This document shows positions 56,565 to 64,000 of a stretch of DNA of 64,000 nt, piece by piece (position 1 is the first letter of the stretch; each line of letters opens with the position of its first letter). The stretch is taken from the NCBI GenBank assembly GCA_963832165.1, contig CAWHTE010000007.1, positions 512,001 to 576,000 of the forward strand. Direction: 5' to 3'. The notes below the pieces were generated by a model. That model was given only the letters and a program-made list of their open reading frames with translations, was not told the DNA's origin and made no database searches. The stretch is from an uncultured delta proteobacterium (GTDB lineage Bacteria; Myxococcota_A; UBA9160; SMWR01). A program made the translations under genes and the position numbers.

Positions 56565-58561
56565 TCGGCGTAGTCGCGCAGCGGGGGCTCGGCGGTGACG
56601 GAGGGGCCGAAGACGATCGTCTCGCCGCCGTTGCCGTAGACGACGGCTTCCGCGGCGGCGGCGTCGTCGGGAGTCAGGCCGGGCAGGAAGAGCTGCGTGC
56701 AGACGGCGAGCGTGTCGAGGCGCGCCGGATCGGCGGGGCCGGGGTGCGTGAGCGCGTCGAGCACGAGCGTGAAGACAGCGGCGTCGACGGGCTGGCCGCC
56801 GTGATTGACGAACCGGCCCGGACAGATGTCCTGGATCATGATCGCGGTTCCGCCCGCGAGTGCGGCGGTGGGCGTGGGCAGGACGGGCTGCACGAGCTCG
56901 TCGTGGAGGCTGTAGAGGCTCGTGTAGTCGATCGAACCGGGCGTCTCGTCGTCGGCGTTGAGCGCGCTGATGAAGAGCGAGCTCGGCCGCATCTGCCACA
57001 CCGCGGGGGCGAACGTGCCGCCCACGGTCGCGACATCGCCTAGCAGCGTGCCGTGGTGCGGCGTCGCGAGCGTCACGATGTCGTCTACCGCGGCCCGCAC
57101 GTCGGGCCAGTACTTCACGGCCCAGCGCGGCTCGAGCCCGCCCTGGCTGTAGCCGACCATGTCCACCTTCTTGCCCGACGCCTCCCGGATCACGCGCACC
57201 GCATGCACGACGTACTCGACGGAGGTCTGGATGTCGGTGAGCGCGAAGCTGGGCAGGCGCACCGTGCACACGTCGAAGCCCATGTCGGGCAGGACCTTCT
57301 GGTAGGTGAGCGCCCAGTGGTCTTCGGGTCGACCCGCGGTGCCGTGTACGAGGAGAATGGGCTCGTGCTCACCCGAGAACGCGATCGGGCATTGGATGGC
57401 GCGGTCGAGCGTGGCTCGGTCGGTTTCGAGCGCGGGGCCGGCTGATGCAGGGCTTGCAGCGGTGAGCGTCAGGCCGATCGATGCCGCAGCGAGGACGGCG
57501 AGACCTCGTGTGGAGTTGCGGCGGACTACGCTGCCCTTCGGGCGAATCCGCCCGACGAGAACGAGCGCAAGAATTCCCGCCAGGAGCCCCGCCGCGCGCG
57601 AAGGCTCCGGTAGCGCGTACTCTCGGACCGGAGGCTCGGCGGGGACCTTCTGGCCCAGGAGTCCGACCGACTCGAGTCCGTTCGCGTAGACGACCTCTTG
57701 CGCGATCACCACGTCGTCGGGCGTGAGGCCGGGTACGAAGAGCTCGGTGCAGACCGCCGAGCCCACGCGCGCGGGAACGGCGGGCCCCGGGTGCGAGAGC
57801 GCGTCGAGCAGGAGCGCAAACACCGCGGCGTCGAACGGCTCGAGCCCGTGCTGGACGGGTCGACCGATGCAGACGTCCTGGATCGCGATGTTGGTGGCGC
57901 CCGCGAGCGCGGCGGTCGGCGTCGGCAATGCCGGCTGCACGAGCTCGTCCGTGAGGCTGTAGATGCTCGTGTAGTCGATCGCGCCGGGCGTCTCGTCGCC
58001 GGCGTTGAGGGCCTGGAGAAAGTTCGACGGGCCCAGGTAGTTCATCTGCCAGACGGCCGCCTGGCAGGTGGCCAGACACAACACATCGGTGGCGATCGCG
58101 CCGTGGTGCGGCGATGCGAGCGTGACGAGATCGTCCACGCTCTCGCGCACGTCGGGCCAGTACTTGAATGCCCAGCGCGGCTCGAGCCCGCCCTGGCTGT
58201 AGCCGACCAGGTCCACTTTCTTGCCCGACTTCGCCGCGATCGCGCGCACCGCGTGCACGACGTACTCGGCCGCGACCTGGATGTCGCCTAGCGCGAGGTC
58301 GGGCAGACGCACCGTGCATACGTCGTAGCCGAGGTCGGGCATGATCTTCGAGTAACCGAGCGCCCAGTGATCTTCGGGGCGGCCCGCGGTGCCTTGCACG
58401 AGCAGCACGGGCTCGTGTGCGCCCGAGAACGAGACGGGGCAGCGCACGGCGCGGTCGAGGTCGGTGGGGTTGGTCTCGAGGGCGGGACCGATCGCGGAGG
58501 CCGGAGTGGCGGCGGCGAGTAACAGGACCGCGGCGATGTAACCGATCCTCTTGAACGGCAT
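56561..58561 (-). CDS. Tandem double lipase (two CalB-like alpha/beta-hydrolase domains) with internal PEP-CTERM-like segment
   Basis: Each half has GPALET, VGYSQGG, DELVQP and HG; linker LPEPSRAAGLLAGILALVLVGRIRPK is followed by a second signal-like segment. Confidence 0.85.
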   Translation of the reverse strand: MPFKRIGYIAAVLLLAAATPASAIGPALETNPTDLDRAVRCPVSFSGAHEPVLLVQGTAGRPEDHWALGYSKIMPDLGYDVCTVRLPDLALGDIQVAAEYVVHAVRAIAAKSGKKVDLVGYSQGGLEPRWAFKYWPDVRESVDDLVTLASPHHGAIATDVLCLATCQAAVWQMNYLGPSNFLQALNAGDETPGAIDYTSIYSLTDELVQPALPTPTAALAGATNIAIQDVCIGRPVQHGLEPFDAAVFALLLDALSHPGPAVPARVGSAVCTELFVPGLTPDDVVIAQEVVYANGLESVGLLGQKVPAEPPVREYALPEPSRAAGLLAGILALVLVGRIRPKGSVVRRNSTRGLAVLAAASIGLTLTAASPASAGPALETDRATLDRAIQCPIAFSGEHEPILLVHGTAGRPEDHWALTYQKVLPDMGFDVCTVRLPSFALTDIQTSVEYVVHAVRVIREASGKKVDMVGYSQGGLEPRWAVKYWPDVRAAVDDIVTLATPHHGTLLGDVATVGGTFAPAVWQMRPSSLFISALNADDETPGSIDYTSLYSLHDELVQPVLPTPTAALAGGTAIMIQDICPGRFVNHGGQPVDAAVFTLVLDALTHPGPADPARLDTLAVCTQLFLPGLTPDDAAAAEAVVYGNGGETIVFGPSVTAEPPLRDYAD
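57520..57556 (-). repeat. GTAG-type REP-derived copy inside the lipase linker
   Basis: GTCGGGCGGATTCGCCCGAAGGGCAGCGTAGTCCGCC aligns to the 29090 copy with 3 substitutions and a 3-nt insertion. Confidence 0.8.
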
Positions 58562-58683
58562 CAATAATCTGCCCCTCGGCGCGCAGTATCGCATGCCTGC
58601 GGGCGCCGCTCCCCCGCGATGTGGTTCGAAGACATAACGAACCCTCTTGCGTAGGCGCGGCGCGGGCCTAGCCATACTCGACC

Positions 58684-59712
58684 ATGGAAAATCTCCGTCT
58701 TCGACTCGTTTCGACGCGCGCGGCTGACCTGCGCGAAGCGCCCGCACCCGCGGCGGCGCCGGATCGCGACGTGCACCTGCTCGACGCCTACTCGCGTGCA
58801 GTGATCGACGTGGTGGAGGCCGTCGGGCCCGCCGTGATCGGCGTGCGCGCGGGGAAGTGGTCCGGCGGGCAGCCGGGCGGTCCCGGAGGCTCGGGCTCGG
58901 GCGTGCTGATCGCGCCCGACGGTTATGCGCTCACGAACGATCACGTCGTGGCCGCGTCGGCGAACGGCGTGCACGCGGCGCTTCCCGACGGTCGCACGCT
59001 AGGCTCGCGAGTGGTCGGCCGCGATCCGGCCACCGACCTCGCGCTGCTCCAGGTCGAGGGCAGCGCGCTGCCGTTCGCGCACCTCGAGGCGGAGCGGCTC
59101 GCGCGCCCGGGTCAGCTCGCGGTGGCGATCGGAAACCCGCTCGGCTTCGACTCGACGGTGACGTCGGGGATCGTTTCCGCCACGGGCCGCGCGCTGCGGA
59201 GCGTGCATGGGCGGCTCATCGAGAGCGTGATTCAGCACACGGCGCCGCTGAACCCGGGCAACTCGGGTGGCCCGCTGCTCGATGCGAGCGGCGCGGTCAT
59301 CGGGATCAACACCGCGATCATCGCGTTCGCGCAGGGGATCGGCTTCGCGATCCCCGCGACGACGGCCGACTTCGTGGTGAGCCAGCTGCTCCAGCACGGC
59401 CGCGTGCGCCGCGCGCGGCTCGGGCTCGCGGGTCGCACGCGCCCGATCGATCGCCGGCTCGCGCGCCTGCTCGGGCTCGCGAGCGATTCGGCGGTGGAGA
59501 TCCTGTCGCTCTCGGAACCGAGCGCGGCCGCGCGCGCGGGTCTGCGCGCAGGAGATTGGCTGCTCGCGCTCGACGGCGAGCCGACGCCGTCCGTCGACGC
59601 GCTGCAGCGGCTGCTCACGGTGGAGCGGATCGGGAAGCCGATCGAGATCTCGCTGCTGCGCGGGCGCGAGCGCGTGTCGGCGGCGGTGGTCCCCGAGTCC
59701 GACGAGTCGTAG
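58684..59712 (+). CDS. HtrA/DegS-like trypsin serine protease with PDZ domain
   Basis: GSGSG, LTNDHVV, TDLALL, IGNPLG, NPGNSGGPL; no evident signal peptide. Confidence 0.92.
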   Translation: MENLRLRLVSTRAADLREAPAPAAAPDRDVHLLDAYSRAVIDVVEAVGPAVIGVRAGKWSGGQPGGPGGSGSGVLIAPDGYALTNDHVVAASANGVHAALPDGRTLGSRVVGRDPATDLALLQVEGSALPFAHLEAERLARPGQLAVAIGNPLGFDSTVTSGIVSATGRALRSVHGRLIESVIQHTAPLNPGNSGGPLLDASGAVIGINTAIIAFAQGIGFAIPATTADFVVSQLLQHGRVRRARLGLAGRTRPIDRRLARLLGLASDSAVEILSLSEPSAAARAGLRAGDWLLALDGEPTPSVDALQRLLTVERIGKPIEISLLRGRERVSAAVVPESDES

Positions 59713-59727
59713 TACATTCCGGGCCCG

Positions 59728-60381
59728 ATGAACTTCATCGAACAGCTCCGGCAGAATCTGTCACCGGGCGATTTCGCGCGCATGATGGATTGGATGGCCG
59801 GCCTCGGCGACGCCGAGCGCTTGGAGATGATGCAGTTCATCGCGTCGCGCGAGACGCACGCGCCCGCGGTAGGCGCCGCCGCGCCGGACTTCGATCTGCC
59901 GCTGCGCGGCAGCAGTGCGCGCGTGCGCCTCTCGAGCTTCGAGGGAACGCGGCCTGTCGCACTGATCTTCGGCAGCTATACCTGACCGCCGTTCCGTGCC
60001 CAGGTTGGGCACCTCGAAGAGCTCCAGGATCGCTTCGGCGATCGAGTCGCGTTCTTCGTGGTCTACATCCGCGAGGCGCACCCTACCGACGGCTGGCAGG
60101 TCGAGGACAACGAACGCGACGTCGTGTACTTCCCGCAGCCGAAGACGCTCGGCGACCGCGTCGCAGTCGCCGACGCGTGCGCGCTGCGCCTCGAGCTCTC
60201 GATTCCGACGCTGATCGACGACATGGAGAACTCGACCGATCAGAAATACTACGCGCTGCCCGACCGCCTCTACCTGATCGGCCGCGACGGCACGATCGCC
60301 TACCGCGGTGCGCCCGGGCCGTGGGGATTCGTGGCGGCAGAGCTGGAGAAGGCGATCGAGGGGTACCTCGAGCACGAGTGA
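59728..60381 (+). CDS. Iodothyronine-deiodinase-like selenoprotein (UGA at 59983 read as Sec), 217 aa
   Basis: RPVALIFGSYT-U-PPF...FVVYIREAHPTDGW; the two track ORFs are in one frame; SECIS-like hairpin; selA in the window. Confidence 0.9.
59996..60012 (+). promoter_or_regulatory. Bacterial SECIS-like hairpin
   Basis: GTGCCC-AGGTT-GGGCAC; the loop begins after 16 nt downstream of the UGA. Confidence 0.75.
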
Positions 60382-60446
60382 GCCCCGGGCTTGATCGAGG
60401 ACGCAGTCGCAGCGATCCCGTGAGGAAGCGCGGTACGATCCCGACC

Positions 60447-61181
60447 GTGCAACCGCCCCCCTCGAACAAGAAGATTCCGCCGCGCGAGCGGCTGATCTTC
60501 CCGCTCGACGTCGACACGCGCGAGCAGGCCAGCGCGCTAGTGCAGCAGCTCGGCGACGCGGTCTGGTTCTACAAGGTCGGGCTCCAGCTGTTCATGAGCG
60601 GGAACTACTGGGACCTCGTGGCGCAGCTGGTCGACGCGGGCAAGAAGGTGTTCGTCGACCTGAAGTTCTACGACGTACCCGAGACGGTGTCGTCGGCGGT
60701 ACGCCGCATGAAGGACTGCGGCGCCGAGTTCGCCACGATCCACGGCAACGACGCGATCGTCGCGGCCGCGTGCGCGGTGCCGCGCAACCGGCTCAAGCTG
60801 CTCGCGGTGACCGTGCTCACGAGCTTCGACGCGGGCGACCTGAAGGACCTCGGTGTGCCGGCGTCCGTGTCCGTCGAAGACCTCGTGCTCTCGCGCGCGC
60901 GGCGTGCGCTCGCGCTCGGCTGCGACGGCGTGATCTCGTCGGGGCTCGAGGCGCGCGCGCTGCGCGAAGAGCTCGGCGAGCAGCTCCTGATCGTGTCGCC
61001 GGGGATCCGACCGTTCGAGAACCGGCGCGTGCCCGACGATCAGAAGCGCATCGTCACGCCCGAGGAGGCATTCACGAGCGGAGCGGACTACATCGTGGTG
61101 GGCCGGCCGATCCGCTCCGCGCCCGACCCGCGCGCGGCGGCGATGGCAATTCAGGCCACGATCGCGGAGATTTTCGGCTGA
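60447..61181 (+). CDS. pyrF: Orotidine-5'-phosphate decarboxylase
   Basis: RLIFPLD, YKVGLQL, FVDLKFYDVPETV, AVTVLTS, PGIRP, IVVGRPI; start approximate. Confidence 0.95.
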   Translation: MQPPPSNKKIPPRERLIFPLDVDTREQASALVQQLGDAVWFYKVGLQLFMSGNYWDLVAQLVDAGKKVFVDLKFYDVPETVSSAVRRMKDCGAEFATIHGNDAIVAAACAVPRNRLKLLAVTVLTSFDAGDLKDLGVPASVSVEDLVLSRARRALALGCDGVISSGLEARALREELGEQLLIVSPGIRPFENRRVPDDQKRIVTPEEAFTSGADYIVVGRPIRSAPDPRAAAMAIQATIAEIFG

Positions 61182-61741
61182 TGGACCGACACCCGGATCT
61201 CGCCAAGCTGCTCGTCGCGCGCTCCTACGTCGAGGGCGACTTCCTGCTCGCATCGGGGCGCCGCAGCACCTCGTACTTCGACTGCAAGCTCACCACCTGC
61301 TTCGCGGAGGCGATGCCGCTGATCGGCGCCGCGTTCCTGGACGAGTTCGCGCGCGCGGGCACGAACCCGCGCTGCGTGGGCGGGCTCACGAGCGGCGCCG
61401 ACCCGATCGCGCAGGCGATTGCGTACCACTCACTCGTGCAGGGCCCTGTGCGCGACTACTTCATCGTGCGCAAGGACCGCAAGGACCACGGCACGCGCAA
61501 GTGGATCGAGGGCTGCGCGGAGAGCCCGATCGCGATCGTCGACGACGTGGTGACGAGCGGCGGCTCGGTGCTGAAGGCGATCGAGCGCTGCCTCGAAGAG
61601 GGGCTCGAGATCGTGCACGTGGCGGTGCTGGTCGACCGCGAAGAGGGCGGCATGGACGCGATCCGCGCGCGCGTTCCGGGCGTGCCGGTGACGGCGGTGT
61701 TCCAGCGGTCGCAGCTCGACGCGTTGCGCGGGCGCCGGTAG
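61181..61741 (+). CDS. pyrE: Orotate phosphoribosyltransferase
   Basis: GDFLLASGRRSTSYFD, VRKDRKDHGT, IVDDVVTSGGS, VDREEGG. Confidence 0.93.
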   Translation: MDRHPDLAKLLVARSYVEGDFLLASGRRSTSYFDCKLTTCFAEAMPLIGAAFLDEFARAGTNPRCVGGLTSGADPIAQAIAYHSLVQGPVRDYFIVRKDRKDHGTRKWIEGCAESPIAIVDDVVTSGGSVLKAIERCLEEGLEIVHVAVLVDREEGGMDAIRARVPGVPVTAVFQRSQLDALRGRR

Positions 61742-61750
61742 CGATCGGCA

Positions 61751-63287
61751 TCAGTCACCCGCTCCCACCGCGGTGAGATGCACCGCCACCTCGCGCTCGG
61801 GGTCGAGACCGAGCAGGGCATCGAGCTCGTCGTCGTAGTAGGCGGCGAGGTTGCGTGCGGTCAGCCCGAGCGCCTCGGCGCCCAGGTAGATGCGCTGCGC
61901 CGTGGCGCCCGCGTCGAGCAAGAGGTCGCGGTAGCTGCGCGCACCACCGCGCGCCGACGACTCGGCCACGCGAGCGACACCCACGATCGCGGCCGCCGCC
62001 TCGCCGGTCTGCTCCTGCCCGAGGCAGGTGCTCACGAGCGCGCGGTCCAGCTCGGCGCGGCGCAGTGGCGCGAGTCGGTGCGCGGCGGGCTCGTAGCGGT
62101 ACACGCCCGCGGACACGTCGGTGACGCGGTGCACCACCGCGTAGAGATCGAGTCCCGAGCTGCGGTGCAGCGCGGGGTTGTGCCGCGCGAGCGCGAGCAC
62201 TGCGAGCAGATCGGCGCGCGACAGCGCGCGGCTCTCGAACCGGCGCGTCGAGCGGCGCGTGCGGATCGCGGCGTGCACGGGCATCCGCGAATCGACGGCG
62301 CCCTTCGTCTCTGCGACTCGTGTCTCCGGCACCGGCGGCGGCGCACCCGTCTCGGCCGTGGAGCACGAGCTTGGTCGCCTCGTGGTAGCGCTCCGGAGCC
62401 GACATCCCGGGCGCAGCGGTTGCTCGTTCCACGAGCGCGTTCCCGCGCGCGGCGCCCGCCGCGGGCTCTGCTGCGCGCCCGACCAGGTGCACCGCGCACA
62501 CGGCTTCCGCGCGCCCATCGACACCGAGCAGTGCGTGGAGGCGGTCGTCCTCGAAGCGCCCGGGCGCTGCCTCGCCGAGTCCGAGCTCGCTCGCGGCGAG
62601 GCGCAGGTTCTCGCCGATGTGGCCCGCGTCGATCAGCGCATAGCGATAGCCGCGGTTCGCATAGCGCGCGCGGTAGCGCGCGAAGACGTTGGTGATCAGC
62701 ACCGCTGCGGCGGCGCGCGACGCATCGATCGGGTCGCCGATCGCGCGCGCCAGCTCCGCGGTGTACGAACCACTGCGCACGAGTACGAGCGCATGGGCAT
62801 CGACGTCGTAGTAGTAGATTCCCGGCGCGAGATCCGACACGCGCTCGACCACTGCGTAGAGCTCGCCCGCAAACAGTGCGCCGGCCGACGGCGCCGCGCG
62901 CAGCGAGCGGCCCGCTCCGCGCTGCGTCACGCCGTTGGCGAGGAACAGGATCCGCGCGAGCTGCTCGCGCGAGCACGGCTCGGGCGCGAACGCGCGCGCA
63001 GGTCGATGGCCGCGCGCCACCTCGAACAGCGCGCGGCCCGCCTCCCACGACGGCATCGCGAGCGGTTCTCGCGGGATTCCCGCGTATTCCTTGAACGGGG
63101 GGAGCTCGGCGCGCAGACCGGCCCGCACCACCGTGCCGACCGCTCCGAGCCGCGTGTTGCGCGTGGCGCGGTGGATCCCGAGTGCGGTCTGCGCGTCGGC
63201 CGTGCGCGCGGCGGCGGTGAGCCGCGGCACCAGCAGCGCGGTGGTGCCAGCCACGAAGTGCAGGAAGCCGCGGCGATCGGTGTCCAC
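61751..63287 (-). CDS. Tat-signal, two-domain SagB/ThcOx-type nitroreductase-fold protein (frameshift near 62360)
   Basis: DRRGFL twin-arginine motif; LRAAPSAGAL, RYANRGYRYALIDAGH; second domain RRSTRRF...RSYRDLLLDAG in another frame. Confidence 0.8.
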
Positions 63288-63316
63288 GTATCCAGCGTAC
63301 CGGGTACGATCGGGGG

Positions 63317-64000
63317 GTGATCGAAGCGCTCCGGCCGTTCGCGGAGGCGATCCGCGCGCGCGGCGGTCGCGCGATCGCCGTGGGCGGCGCCGTGCGCGAC
63401 CGGGAGCTCTCGCGGCTCGGCCGGCCGACCGGCGGCGGCAAGGATGTCGACGTGGAGGTGTTCGGGCTCACCGCACCCGAGCTCGAGGCGGTGCTGCGCG
63501 GTTTCGGCGAGGTGCACGCCTACGGGCGCTCGTTTCCGGTGATGCGGGTGCGCGGGCACGACATCGACTTCGTGCTGCCGCGGGGTGCACACGGCCCCGA
63601 CCCCGGGCTCGACTTCGCGGCCGCGGCGCGCGGGCGCGACCTCACGATCCACGCGATCGGGTACGACCTGATCACCGGGGAGACCCTCGACCCGCTCGGG
63701 GGTCGCGCCGACCTCGAGGCACGCGTGCTGCGCGCGGCCGACCCGCGCACGTTCGGGTCCGACCCGCTGCGCGGGCTGCGCGTGATGCAGGTCGCGGCGC
63801 GCTTCGAGCTGGACCCCAACGCGGAGCTCTTCGAGCTCTGCCGCGCGCTCGACCTCTCGGATCTGCCGGGCGAACGGCTGCGCGTGGAGTTCGACAAGCT
63901 GCTGCTGCGCGCGGAGCGCCCGAGCCGCGGCCTCGAGGTGCTGCGGCGCACCGACATGCTGCGCTTCTTTCCCGAGCTCGCCGCGCTCGTGGGCGTACCG
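63317..64000 (+). CDS. CCA tRNA nucleotidyltransferase / poly(A) polymerase family, truncated by the window edge
   Basis: Manual translation: AVGGAVRD, KDVDVEV, GRDLTIHAI, LDPLGGRADL, DPLRGLRVMQ, ERLRVEFDKLL. Confidence 0.88.
   Translation, partial: MIEALRPFAEAIRARGGRAIAVGGAVRDRELSRLGRPTGGGKDVDVEVFGLTAPELEAVLRGFGEVHAYGRSFPVMRVRGHDIDFVLPRGAHGPDPGLDFAAAARGRDLTIHAIGYDLITGETLDPLGGRADLEARVLRAADPRTFGSDPLRGLRVMQVAARFELDPNAELFELCRALDLSDLPGERLRVEFDKLLLRAERPSRGLEVLRRTDMLRFFPELAALVGVP

Overview
GC-rich bacterial chromosomal window. Gene content suggests a Myxococcota/deltaproteobacteria-like organism, possibly a metagenome assembly (inference). 1-20.4 kb is housekeeping: rne/rng, selA, HNH, MinD-like, J/HTH, rluD, pgeF, rho, prfA-prmC-murA-hisDBH(x)AF, rpsU-dnaG-rpoD. 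20.4-29 kb holds lipoproteins, a flavoprotein, a sigma54 module (hemerythrin-fold gene, globin-coupled kinase, NtrC-type regulator) and an amidohydrolase. A tRNA-Ile2(CAT) at 29171 is followed by a ~5.8 kb integrase-less catabolic block bounded by a duplicated tRNA 3' end and full of frameshifts. Next come secreted proteins, a repetitive T1SS substrate with HlyD/PrtD, catabolic enzymes, a double lipase, HtrA, a deiodinase-like selenoprotein, pyrF-pyrE, a Tat-signal SagB-type protein and a truncated CCA-adding enzyme. Best leads: (1) a two-lipase ORF with an internal PEP-CTERM signal, a REP-derived linker and a second signal peptide, i.e. a possible polyprotein; (2) a GTAG-type REP family with copies translated in frame inside two tandem-domain proteins; (3) a UGA/SECIS deiodinase-like selenoprotein missed by the ORF track; (4) a sigma54 module whose globin and hemerythrin folds both appear to lack their metal-ligand histidines. 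All family calls come from motif recognition by eye; no searches were run.
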